Source of the DNA: Octopus vulgaris
Lineage: Eukaryota
Assembly (NCBI GenBank): GCA_951406725.2
Contig: OX597815.1
Location: forward strand, 71,300,001-71,364,000
Reading direction: 5' to 3'
Length of the DNA: 64,000 bases
The notes beneath the pieces are model-generated. The model was not told the DNA's origin. It was given only the letters and a program-made list of their open reading frames with translations, and made no database searches. Below, piece after piece: positions 13,001-25,300 of the stretch (its first letter is position 1; every line of letters starts with the position of its first letter). Position numbers and translations under genes: made by a program.

Positions 13001-13376
13001 AAGATGCTAGCGGGATAGGGAAACCGTCCCGTACGCTATTGTTCATTGTTCGGTCGTGTCCGAGGTGTGGGTTTATGCCGAACAGCTGTTGTCAAGCACA
13101 CAAAGAGTACAGCTGTCGACTGAGTCTATTATAAAAATTGACCCACCAGATTTCCTCGCGAAAGAAGGTAAGAATTGTTTTCTCGTTGTAGTAGCAATTG
13201 CGAAAGAGGTGATTTGGAAGACTAGAATGAAAGGTTTACGGTCAGGCAAGTTCATCTCCGGCCCTGGATTGATGAATTACTTCATATTTCACCTAAAAAG
13301 GAAGATAGGGCTGGAGAGAAAATGCCTGACTAAGAGAACGATGGAAGGATGTAGCACGAAAGTTGCGAGTGGATGA
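10032..13376 (+). pseudogene. Tx1/L1 ORF2: APE endonuclease and reverse transcriptase, with several stops and frameshifts
   Basis: Motifs LNVRGL, TETR, GDFN, IDRI, SDH, YWKLNTSLL, KAPGLDG, LDQSKAFDRVDH, SVRQGCPL, AYADDIT and CPRC*..HC. In-frame stops at 10888, 11323, 11548 and 13008. Confidence 0.92.
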
Positions 13377-15044
13377 TACCACATAAATGTAAAACTAGAT
13401 GAAACCAAAGTATCAGTGGGGAGGCGGGGCTCGTGGGGTCCGAGCTAAACCCGCTCCCACTCCATCCGTAATGTCTTCCGGTCTGTTCTCCATTCGATTT
13501 ATATTTGTATTTTATTGAATTTTTAAACTCATCTTTGTGTAACCCCATTCGTGTATCTGACCCCACATCAGATTGTATTGTCCCCTCTATGTTCGCCCCT
13601 TGTGGGTAATAATAAAACCATTCCAGTCTGTTATATATTTTGAGTATTGTTATCACTAGCGATATCAAGATATAACTTTGTATTTTGCATTTTATGTGTA
13701 GATGTATATATATAGATGTACATGTAATATGTACACATATATATACACATATATACATGCACTAGCACTATGACCCGGCAACGACGGGTCTTTAATGCTA
13801 GTAATATATATAGTATTTATGTATCTCATGAATGCAATGTTAAAAAGCTTGAAAGAAATATATACGTAGTGAGAATTAAAAAGAAAGAGAACAATAATAT
13901 TAATCAACTCAGTCTTCTACTTATTTCGGTTGTCTCTACAGGACATAACCTAAATAATGTTTTGTTCTGAACGCAACGAAACATAATTCTTAGTGCATTT
14001 AGTGAATTAATGATAAATAAATCACTAAATAATTATATAAGAATATGTGTAGATATTATACATGCATTATTAACACATGTCTGTTAGCTGAAACATGAAA
14101 TGCATTCGCTGTGGAATTTTGTCACAGAGAAAAATTTTGACCCTCGCTTCTTTGTGTACTTGCACTAAGTTAATTCCATCTTGGAATGCCTGAACACACT
14201 CCAACAAAAATGTATTGCTTGCAGAGTTCTAATTATTAAGTTCCAGTTGAGCTCGATCTGACCGATGTAGTATCTGTAACTGTGGAGGGAAAATCACACC
14301 GAAACACAATGTCTGGTAGTCCGCTGACATTATTTGAAGCACGACTTGATGTGTTTTTGACTCCATGTCTATAGAGATTTACACGTTCTAGTATATCACA
14401 GTGTGTTAACAAAATAAATGTGCACATCTTTATGTTGATTCTCATCATTTCGAGTGCTTATACTAAAAGGAGCTTGTAGAAAAATAAACTCTATGGAAAT
14501 AATATAATTCAGAGACGCCATCTGTATGAAGAGATGATAGTTATCAGTGTTAACATGGATCATTAACATTTTAAAATATCTCCTCTAAAATGTTCATTCT
14601 TCTTATATATCTTGTGTTTTTTCTCTCCTGCCTTCTAATTTATTTCTAATAAACGGCTCAATACATTAGATTTGAGAACACTAACTTATAACCATGATAA
14701 CTAATCTATATCTCGTACCGTTATACTAACCTTTAGGAACCATCGCTTATTCTTAAAACTATTAATGTCTTTCGGATACGTTAAATCCTTAAAATGCCTC
14801 GACAGTTTGCTAACAATAACCGATCTTCTGATACACAACTGTGAATCAATTTTTGTTATTGTTGTTTTATTTCATTTTCACCTTATTTAATTTTTTCCAT
14901 ATCTATTTTCCTTTTTGTTTATATTTATTTTTTGCATTTTGTAATGTATATCTGTTGCCTTCGCTAAATGTTCATCAATCCACTTTCGCACTATGCACGC
15001 AGGTGAAGAATCTCCACGCGATACACACACACGCACACACACAT

Positions 15045-15104
<60 letters not shown>

Positions 15105-15321
15105 GATTTCCAAATTATTGGGAACTTTTCTTCTAACCACAACATACTGTCTTACACTGGAAAACTTATTTTAACTATACAGAAAGACGAGACAGTCACG
15201 GCCGGAACGCTTGTATTCTTTGGCCTGTTTTATCTGGATTGAGTATCAACATGTCTTCATTGTACAGCTTCCCTTGTTTCGTGCAATGTCTTCATCTGAA
15301 TCTAAATTTGATATTTTTAAG

Positions 15322-15690
15322 GCACTGGCATGGCCGTGCGGTTAAAAACATTGTGTGGCACTTTGGACAAGTGTTAGCTACCATAGTTCCGGCCGACCAA
15401 AGCCTGTGAGTGAATTTGGTAAACGGAAATTGTATGGAAACCTATGGTATATATTTATATTTATATATTTATGTATGTGTGTCTTTGTGTTTATACTTGC
15501 TACCTTTCCCATCATCTGACAACCTGTGTTGGTTTGTTTACGTCCCCGTAAATCAGCGGTTCGGCAAAAGGAGAACGATAGAACAAATATCAGGCTTAAA
15601 AATAAAGCACTAGGGTCGATTTGTTCGATAAACCCTTCAGAGCAGTATGGCCGCAGTCCAATGATTGAAACAAGTAAAAGAAGATAAAAG
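15322..15690 (+). mobile_element. SINE family B, decayed
   Basis: Retains GGCCGACCAAAGCC, CGTCCCCGTAA..GCGGTTCGGCAAAA and the 3' GGCCGCAGTCCAATGATTGAAACAAGTAAAAG. Confidence 0.8.
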
Positions 15691-15937
15691 ATTTGACTCT
15701 GGAATTCATTCATTATTCATTTGGAGAATCTACTCCAAGACAAGACAGAGATGCCAAAAGGAATATGATTCAGGCGAAAAAGCAACACAATTAGTTTTGT
15801 CTTAAATATTTGCCAGAAGATTCTCTATACAATAATTACCTTCATTAATATAATATATTCTATTATGCTATAATTAAATATTTATATTACTACGTATCTT
15901 GACTGATTCGTGTAATTACTAACGTTTAGCTCTTGTT

Positions 15938-16017
<80 letters not shown>

Positions 16018-16089
16018 GGCGAATGCCAGCGTCACGATATGAAAGACATACATGCATACATGAATACACACGAAGTTCTAAATACGGAT

Positions 16090-16310
16090 TATTTACCAGA
16101 CATACATAAACTCTATGATACAGTTGCTGAGAAGCCCAAAGAAATCAATTCGCCGTGGTAGTTCAGAAACTGGTATCAAACGAACATCACTTCATAAAAT
16201 ACTTACAAAACTCAATACGAAACCTTACATCCGCGTCTAATTCAAGGACTTCTGGAGGATGATCCTGATCGCAGGTCTCAATCTTGCGAACAGTTTGTAA
16301 GTCAGAGGAA
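16090..16310 (+). pseudogene. Tc1/mariner-superfamily transposase fragment
   Basis: About 16219-16297 reads KPYI/RLIQGLLEDDPDRRSQSCEQF, resembling the PYKxQLxQxLxxxDxxRRxxFC motif of Tc1-like transposases. Confidence 0.5.
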
Positions 16311-16380
16311 GCCAAGAAGTATTGAAGATTTTTGGCACTACATTATAACAAATAACTGTATAGTAACTTTACGGACATTC

Positions 16381-16412
<32 letters not shown>

Positions 16413-16504
16413 TGTATGTATGTATGTATGTATGTATGTATGTATGTATGTATGTGTACTTATGTACGTATATATGTGTGTGTACTAATGTTTGTATGTA
16501 TGTA

Positions 16505-16860
16505 CGTTATTCCTTTTCTCTTTTTAATTAAAGTTAGTTTCAACCGGCTTCTTGCTTGAAAGCAAGCTCGTGAATGAAAGCATCTTATTTTGTTCACCAT
16601 CCTTTAAATCTTAAGGCAGTCTTGTAGAATAGTCCCATGTATCATAATTATTAGCTGTGCATGAATCTAAAAGTAGCACCACCCATCCTAGAATCCCGGT
16701 TTACCGATATTTTGCTCCAGAGGGATTGATACATATCCTGCTCTTCCAATAATAATAGGTATGAAACTGAAAGTATATCTTGGGTCTGTTGGTGTTTGTC
16801 TTTTTCTTAGTGTGTTCCATATTGTTTTAGCCACATCATCATACTTTATTGGAAGATATC
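16505..16860 (-). mobile_element. Probable 3' fragment of an R4/Dong-like LINE ending in (ACAT)n
   Basis: The minus strand reads DPRYTFSFIPIIIGRAGYV (compare the IPIVIGAxG motif of the restriction-like endonuclease C terminus), then a UTR and an (ATAC)n tract. Confidence 0.5.
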
Positions 16861-16965
16861 TTAAAGATACTCTCTCGCATTTCGCAATATATGTATGTAT
16901 GCATGTGTATATGTAGGTACGTATGCATAGTTATATATAATATGCATAGTTATATATAATATACA

Positions 16966-17001
<36 letters not shown>

Positions 17002-17863
17002 CATGGTCTGATCAATAAGTATCCGGACTGTTGCCATAGTATCGAAACTAAAACACTTAGAGTGAAGCCGCTTGGCAAAGATTGACCTAGAACCCTTCTG
17101 TGCATGCGCACTAAGTTTTAACATTCGAGCTCACTTCCGCTGTTTACAGCAGTGCTTGGAAGGAAGGTGTGTAGCGTGTGGTCGTCGCATTAACCATAAA
17201 AGAGAAAGTTGAGCAGAGAATCTGCATCAAATTTTGCCAAAATCTTGGCGACACCTGTTCAGAGACCAACGCAAAGTTTTCAAAAGGTTTTCATCATTCT
17301 CGACACAATCAAGGAAATCTTGTGCAAACCCCAGTGTCTTTTTGATCAGCTGAAAGCAGTTTTAGCACAAACTTGGCAGACACGTGTCACATACCCAAAT
17401 CTTCAGTGATAATGGACTGAACTGAACCGTAACTAATCTGCACATCCCCTGATATCTCACGGATAGTGATTCGACGATTTCCTCTTACAGCTGCACGCAC
17501 ATCTGTGATGTTTTTCTCAGTTCGCCAATATCGACATTTTTTCGGCCATCTTGGAAACGTCTGAATCACTCATACGCTTGTGTGCGGCTCATACACTCCT
17601 CTCCATACACTTTCTGCAACTTTACGCAGGCCTCTGAGCAGGTATCGCCATGACAATTTTCTCTGTTATGGTCAATGCGACAATCACACGCTACATGCCT
17701 TCCTTCTAAGCGCTGCCCTAAACAGCCGAAGTGAGCTCGAACATTAAAACTTAGTGCGCATTCACAGCAGAGTTCAAGGTCAATCTTTCCACAGTGGCTT
17801 CACTCTGCGTATTTTGGCTTCGTTACTATGGCAACAGTCCGGATACTTATTGATCAATCCTCG
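17002..17863. mobile_element. Foldback mariner derivative made of two inward-facing left ends
   Basis: 17002-~17275 and ~17620-17863 are imperfect reverse complements with TA on both sides. The plus arm reads EQRICIKFCQNLG; the minus arm reads RRITIREISGDVQISYGSVQSIITEDLGM (mariner HTH). Confidence 0.85.
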
Positions 17864-18459
17864 TATATGTGTGTGTGTGCGTGCATGTGTGTGTGTGTAT
17901 ACATTATATATATATATAATATATACCTTACATATATTACATGTATGTATGTATTTATATTTATATCTATGTATGTACAGGGATATGTAAAACGTCAATA
18001 GTCTCCATCATTTACTGTAACAATTTTAACAGGAAAGAAGGAAAGAAATTTCGAGCAATTATTTCTTTGATGATATTCTTTTAGCTGCCTTATGATCAGT
18101 AAATTCGTTTAGGCAAAGAATTATTGAATTCTGAAATTAAAGCTCCAGATATTTCTGATCAATGTTTGACAAAAATTATTCGCCAGTTCTGACCGATTTT
18201 CCCCCTTTTACTTGTTACATAAAATGTTGTCTTGCATTAGTTATACATGTTCTATGTTCTATGGAGTCAGTCTATAGACGTGATGCCAGAGGACTGATTT
18301 GGTCAAAGAGATCCTTTGATACCATTTTCCGCCTTCCATTTTATTTATTTATTCATTGTTTCAATTATCTATTTATATTGAGACATAAAGTTCCATCTTG
18401 TGTAAGCATAGATCTGCTTTGTTGCAGTTTGACCATTTAAAAAGTATTGATATTACTTT

Positions 18460-19112
18460 GTGTGGTTAAGAAACTCGCTTTGCAATCGCGTGGTTTCGGG
18501 TTGATCCCACTGCGCAGTGGCACCTTAGGCAAGTGTCTTCTATTATAGTTCCAGGCCCACCAATAAGGAAACTAAGGAAGCCCATCCAATATGATAAAAA
18601 CAATTTTACATTAAGCTGAAGGATTACTTGATACTTTTTGTAGTGTACAAATTTATCATTCTTTAACGAGAATTGCTTTGGCAGTAACTTCGAAATTTTG
18701 CCAGCTAAGCCACAATCGGACGGTCTGATGATATCTTATTAGGCCGAAACTGTGAAGTACTGTGAAAACTAGTCTTGTTAAAGAATAATGTGTGCGTATG
18801 TATGTATGTATGTATGTATGTATGTATGTATGTATGTATGTATGTATGTATGTATGTGTGTGTGCGCGTGCGTGCGTGTGAGTGTGTATGTGGCGTGTGT
18901 ATGTGTGTGTGCGTGTTTCTAACCATTGCTTGATAATTGGTGTTGGCTTGTTTACATTCCCGTAACTTCGCGGTTCGACAAATGAAATCGATAAAATAAG
19001 TACTGGGGCACTGCCTTTAATGATTTAGTCGAACATTTGTTCGACTAAATCATTAAAGGCAGTGCCCTAGTATGGCCGGAGTCCAATGACTGACACAAAT
19101 AAAAGATAAAAG
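18460..19112 (+). mobile_element. SINE family B, decayed, with an insertion and an internal palindrome
   Basis: Head at 18460-18590, 3' part at 18920-19112, palindrome at 19001-19072. Confidence 0.7.
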
Positions 19113-19117
19113 ATATA

Positions 19118-19816
19118 TCTAATATAATAAATGCGAAAACTAATTTCTGTGTGTCAGTGTGTCACACTTAGACCCTCCACTCTTAATAATAAGAGAGAGA
19201 GAATGAGTGGGTATGTGAGAGAAAGAGGGACTAAACACTGAAGAAGTACCCTGAATAACATACTGAACGAACACACACATTTAGCCTTTTTGTGATGGTA
19301 ATGGGGTGATAGTAATAGTATGAGCTGCAGTTGTGATAGAAGCGGTGGTGGTGGTGGTCAGGGATGATGGTGAGAGTAAGTGATGGTGATGGTGATGGTG
19401 ATGGAGGGAAAGGCGTCGAAGTCAAAGGTATTGATCGTGGTGGAGTCAGAAGTCAGAATGATGTGTGTATGACAGTTGTGGTGGCGCTGGTGGTGGTATT
19501 GGTGATGGTGATGGTTGAAAACAATCAACAGAAAAAGAGAGAGGAAGAAAGAAGTTAGATAGAAAAGAAATTGTACTGACCCCCGAATGGGAAGACAAAA
19601 AATGTTGTTTATCATGTAGCTTTGCAATAAGTTACAAGTCGACATATATCATTGTTTTGATGAAAATTATTCATTGCTTGAAAAATATTGTTCAAGCTTA
19701 ATAAAATTTAATATATACTCAATGCATAAAATGCTGTTGTTGGGCCCAAAGCCTAATGAAGAGCTCTCCACAGGAGCTAACTTAAAAGCCGCACAATAGG
19801 GCGGCTTTTAAGCTAG
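19118..19816 (+). mobile_element. Non-autonomous Helitron-like element
   Basis: 5' A|TCTAATATAATAAATGCGAAAAC (shared with 51716); 3' hairpin CTTAAAAGCCGC-N8-GCGGCTTTTAAG followed by CTAG|T. Confidence 0.75.
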
Positions 19817-20067
19817 TTTATAATAAAACCGAAACATTCTGCTAAATCTGATCTCTCACTGTTTCAGGTAGCTCCGCTAACCATAACAAATGCCCCCAAC
19901 ACATTTGGCTTTTGATTGTAGCTTGGTTATATCAAACTCTTGAATGGGCCACTCCAACCCAAACACCACCATTATCAGACAACAAAGCAAATTTTGACTC
20001 GTCAGAAAAATTGAGTTAAAAAACCGCAGACATGTTACCTATTTCGTTTTAATATTTGTTGTAACTG

Positions 20068-20240
20068 GGGCGGCGAGCTGGTAGAATTGTTAGCATCCTG
20101 AACAAAATGCTTAGTGATATTTCGCCCGTCTTTTATGTTCTGAGTTCCACCGAAGTCGAATTTGCCTTTCACACTTAGGGGGTCAATATAATAAGTGTCA
20201 GTCGAAATTATTGTTCTTGTGCCAAAATTTGAAACCTATA
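20068..20240 (+). mobile_element. SINE family C, decayed
   Basis: Head GGGGCGGCGAGCTGGTAGAATTGTTAGCA; tail CTTGTGCCAAAATTTGAAACC. Confidence 0.75.
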
Positions 20241-20580
20241 TTTTCCTCAAAGCGGTATCACGGTAATAACAAAGCTGATGATAGCTTAGTTTTTCTTGGA
20301 CTAATTTTAACTCTTGCTAAAGAAATCTTGTGATAGCATTCGCACTCCCCTTTTTGCTCATCTTGCTAGTGCACCCAGTTCTCGTTTTTGCATTAGTTGT
20401 AACTAAAAAGGACTTCTTCCTCGTAGCAATCCCACAAATAACTAAGACGATGATGACAGTTTACCGTTGTTTTTTTTGGCTATTTTTTTTTCTTGGATAG
20501 CATTTGTATTCTATACATCTCCACTTTTGGCTCATCTCGGTAGCCCATTCAGTTATCATTTTAATATTAGTTGTACCTAA

Positions 20581-21225
20581 ATGCAATGAACTGACAGAAT
20601 CGTTAGCATGCCGAGCGAAATACTTAGCGGTATTTCGCCCGTCGCTACTTTCTGAGTTCAAATTGCGCCGAGGTCGACTTTGCCTTTCATCTTTTCGGGG
20701 TCAATTAAATAAGTACCAGTTACGCACTGGGGTCGATATAATCGACTTAATCCGTTTGTCTGTCCTTGTTTGTCCTCTTTGTGTTTAGCCCCTTGTGGGT
20801 AGTAAAGAAATAGGTATTTCGTCTGCCGCTACATTCTGAGTTCAAATTCCGCCGAGGTCGACTTGGCCTTTCATCCTTTCGGGGTCGATTAAATAAGTAC
20901 CAGGTACGCACTGGAGTCGAAATAATCGACTTAATCCGTTTTGTCTGTCCTTGTTTATTCTCTCTGTGTTTAGCCCCTTGTGGGTAGTAAAGAAATAGGT
21001 ATTTCGTCCATCATCACGTTCTGAGTTCAAATTCCGCTGAGGTCGTCTTTACTTTTCATTCTTTTGAGATCGATTAAAATAAGTACCAGATGAGTACTGG
21101 AGCCGTTGTAATCAACTTTCCCCTTCCCCCAAGTTGCTGCCTTTGTGCCAAAATTTGAAACCAATATTAGTTGTACTTGAAGGCGGCGAGCCGGCAGAAT
21201 CGTTAGCAAGCCAGGCGAAATGCTT
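20581..21225 (+). mobile_element. SINE family C trimer (~185-bp unit) followed by another head
   Basis: TTCTGAGTTCAAATT..GAGGTCG recurs at ~20650, ~20834 and ~21019. Flanking repeat AATATTAGTTGTAC at 20563-20576 and 21163-21176. Confidence 0.85.
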
Positions 21226-22344
21226 AATTGATTAACCGAATGACCAATCAATTCATTATTTAGATGGTTATATTTAGTTGGTCAACTAGTTATAAAAATA
21301 ACAAAGAAGTGAAATAGGACTAGTGCATGTGTTTATCATTGGCATCATTTAATGACCCTCCCGAGATACAACAAACCTGTCACATTTTTCTAACACAAAA
21401 TTTCGTTTTACACACGCAAGAATAACCATTATTCATTAAAAAAAAAAAAAAAAACTGGCGGAATCTATTGAACGCAGATGAAAAATTCTAAAATATTCAA
21501 ATACTATCTCACTACATAGATAATCTACATCTCAAAGTGCTCTACTCTCAGAATCAGCCATTAATAATTAAATTCAGAAGAAAGCTATAATGCTATAAAG
21601 TTATTTTTATATATTTGTATATTATCACTTTGAAAATTTAATTTTTTTCTAGTTCACTTAGCTGCACAAAAGAAATATACTCATTATATCTACAAAATAT
21701 TGCTAATATCATTATAGCTAACTTCTGAATTTAATTATTAATGCTTGATTCTGAAGGTAGAGCTCTTTCAAGTGTATATTTTGTCATAATAGAGCAAGTA
21801 TTGTAGTTTACTCGAATTTTCTATTTGTCTCGGAAATTCTAGAATTTCAAAAATGTTCTGGCAACGCCACCGTATACAAAAACTAATAGCGCTCTTATAA
21901 TTCTTGTTCTTACCATCTGCTGACGAAGGTAAGTGGTGTACGTTTGCGCGCGCATGTGTGTGTGTGGCCTACGCAGTATAAATGGAAACGCTTAAAGTTT
22001 AAACATTACTCTATAGACTGGAAAAAATTAACCTTATTCGATTTGGGGATTTTATCAGAGGTGTCTATATCGTTTTTACCAATACCGGGGATATTAGCAA
22101 CCAATCTGTTTCTATACTTATCAAATCCATTAGCTATTAATTTGCACACCATAAGTGTTTAACATTTTATTTGATATCAGCGGTTTGTTAACGGAAATCT
22201 CAGTACACAGTGCCAAGGTATGAAATATTATATGTAACCGACGTAGTATAAATACAAACACTGCAAAAATAACCATGTGTGTATGTGTGTGTGTATATAC
22301 ATGTGTGTATGTGTGTGTGCTGTGATTTATTGTATATATCTAAC

Positions 22345-25300
22345 TTCATCAAACCCAAGCCCGCAGGTGGGACTACCCACTATATACCAGACCACCACAG
22401 CAAACAGACACAGGATGGACACCGCCGGCAACAACGTACACCTCACCTCGATACTCCTACTGAACATCAGAGGACTGCAAACACTCAGTAACAGGACAAA
22501 GATCTCGTTCCTGAGAGACTTTGTTGCATGCAATCAAGCCTTATGCATAGCACTTACAGAAACGCACCTGAAACCGGACATAGCAGATGCGGAGTTACAC
22601 ATACCACAGTATGCTGTACTACGGACCGACAGGAAAGAAAGGAGTCATGGAGGTGTTGCTATGTACATCCGTGAGGACCTTACACCCCAGGTCCTCTTGT
22701 CATACTCAAACTCGGTGTGTGACACACTAATTGTACATATTAGGCAACTTGATGTAGTTGTGTGTGCTACATATCGCCCTCCAGATGCACCAAGCCATGT
22801 GGGCAAGTTTGAAGACTGCCTTATAAAAATAGAAGAAATTCTAACCACATTAGAACAACACATAGGTGTGCTTCTTATGGGAGACTTCAATCTGCCCAAT
22901 GTCAGATGGCCCGAGGGCCTTTCTCTCCCAGGAATGACAAGATGTGAACGAGGACAGGCGAGGTCCCTCCTGAACCTCATCAACACCCTGTACATGGAGC
23001 AGGTAATACTCCAACCAACCAGGGCAGGTAACACACTGGATCTCTGCTTCACAAATGACATGGATCTCATCCATAATGTGAAAGTGACACCGACACTACT
23101 CTCGGATCACAACATGATAGAGCTGACCATGTACGGGCCAAAAAGAGAGCACGGACATGCAGCCTACAAGAAACCCTCAAAATCTTTCCAGCTTGAACTA
23201 CCATAAGGCAAACTGGAAACAAATTGAGAAAGAGATCCTCAAACAAAACTGGCCTAAATGTCTCTCCTCGCCAGACATCGACGTGAAACTTCAACAATTC
23301 ATGTCTGTAATGCAAGCCATATGCTACAAATGTGTCCCAGAGAGAAAGGCCGCTGTACACAAGAACAAAATCCCCAGAGAGAGGAAAATTTTAATGAGAC
23401 GGCGTACGAAATTTTCAAATCGCCTAAACAAACAGATTGAAAGCAGTGAAAAGTCCCGCCTAAAAATGAAACTGTTGGAAATCGAAAAATGTCTGCAACT
23501 CTCCCATGAAAAAGAAAGAGCAGACAAAGAAGCCTGGGCTATAGAAAACATAAAATCTAACCCCAGAGCTTTCTACAGGTATGCCAAAGAAACAGCTACA
23601 GTGCACTGTAGAATAGGGCCACTCCTCGAAAAGGATGGCACACTTACAGGAAAACCAATGAGGGTAAGTGAAATACTGAATGAGCAATTCAAGAGTGTTT
23701 TCACTCCACCCCTTGGGCATCTCCAAATCACCAATCCAACTGACTTTTTTACCACTGCAGATATAAAATCAGAGGCGGCGACGATAGATTACATCGATAT
23801 AAAGGAAGACGATGTAACCAAGGCTATAGATGAAATGAAAACAGACTCAGCTACTGGCCCCGATGGATTCCCGGCAATCCTCCTAAAAGCATGTAAGAGA
23901 GTCCTAGCAAGACCACTGCAGTTCCTCTTTCAGAGCTTCCTTGCAGCTGGCAAACTTCCAGGAAAACTGAAGGAAGGTAAAATATGCCCCATTCATAAAG
24001 GAGGTAGCAGAGCGGAAGCCAAGAACTATAGACCTATCTCTCTGACCTCACACATCAGCAAGGTCATGGAACGAATAGTCAGAAGGAAGCTGATCACCTT
24101 CCTTGAAGAGAATGACTTGCTGCCCGACACCCAACATGGTTTCCGACCAGGGAGAAGCTGTTTAACTCAGCTCCTACAACACTATGACTGGGTGCTGAAA
24201 CGGCTGCTCAACCACTCAAATGTGGAAGTGATATATCTCGACTTTGCAAAGGCCTTTGATAAAGTCGATCATGGAATGATATGTCACAAACTGCGTGATC
24301 TCAACATAATTGGAAAACTGGGAGAATGGCTTCATGACTTTCTGAAGGATAGAAGTCAGGTGGTAGTAGCCAATGGGGCCACCTCCATTAACACACAAAT
24401 AGTGAGCGGTGTCCCGCAGGGCACTGTTCTGGGACCACTACTGTTCATAATGGCCCTCTCAGACATGCCCTCAGCCACGCAGAGAGCCACGATCACAAGT
24501 TATGCAGATGATACAAAAGTTTCACAGGCAATACAGAACCCTGAGGACACTAAACACCTGCAATGTGAGCTGGACGAAATATACAAGTGGGCTGAAAAGA
24601 ATAGCATGCAGTTCAATGCTGGAAAGTTTCAAGCTTTATACTATCAGCATGCAAAACTGAATGCAATACCCAATGAATACACTGGACCCGGAGGGATTGC
24701 AATCCCAGAGGCACAATCAGTGCGTGACCTGGGTATTCACATGAGTGATGACGCGACCTTTCATGTACATGTTGCTAAACTGACAATGAAATGTAGACGG
24801 CTGGCTGGATGGATTCTTAGAACCTTTAGAACAAGAGAACAAGAAACCATGATGGTCCTCTGGAAGACACTTGTCCTAAGCCACTTTGACTATTGCTCTC
24901 AGCTATGGTCACCATCCAGTGTCAAGTTGATCACAGAACTTGAGGCGATCCAACGAAGCTACACAAAGAAGATAGCCTCTATGCAGAATGTAAGCTACTG
25001 GGAAAGACTCAAGAGATTAAAATTATATTCCCTGGAGCGTAGGCGGGAAAGATATGCCATAATATACATCTGGAAGATCCTGGAGGGAAGTGTCCTGAAC
25101 TTTGGCATCGAGAGTTACGCAAATGCCAGAACTGGGCGCCACTGCGTGGTGCCTAGGACTCCAAACCTGCCATCAAGATGTAGGACAAGATTCTGTGATA
25201 GCCTGGGCTTCCGAGGCCCACAGCTCTTCAATATCCTCCCGAAGAACCTGAGAGACCTGCATGGGGTGGATACAGATGTCTTTAAAATGAAGCTGGATCT

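Larger units (their letters stand above)
8539..13616 (+). mobile_element. Full-length but decayed Tx1/L1-clade non-LTR retrotransposon
   Basis: ORF1 plus ORF2 (APE endonuclease, RT, C-terminal cysteine motif). Flanked by a 23-bp repeat AC(A/C)ATTCCAGTCTGTTATATATT at 8516-8538 and 13617-13639. Confidence 0.9.
6153..13801 (+). mobile_element. Non-autonomous Helitron-like element (~0.65 kb of own sequence) interrupted by two retroelements
   Basis: 5' A|TCTTTATATATATAAAA followed by (CTGT)n; 3' hairpin GACCCG-GCAACGA-CGGGTC (13772-13790) then CTAG|T (13798-13801). Both termini resemble the uninterrupted element at 33256-33637. Confidence 0.75.
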
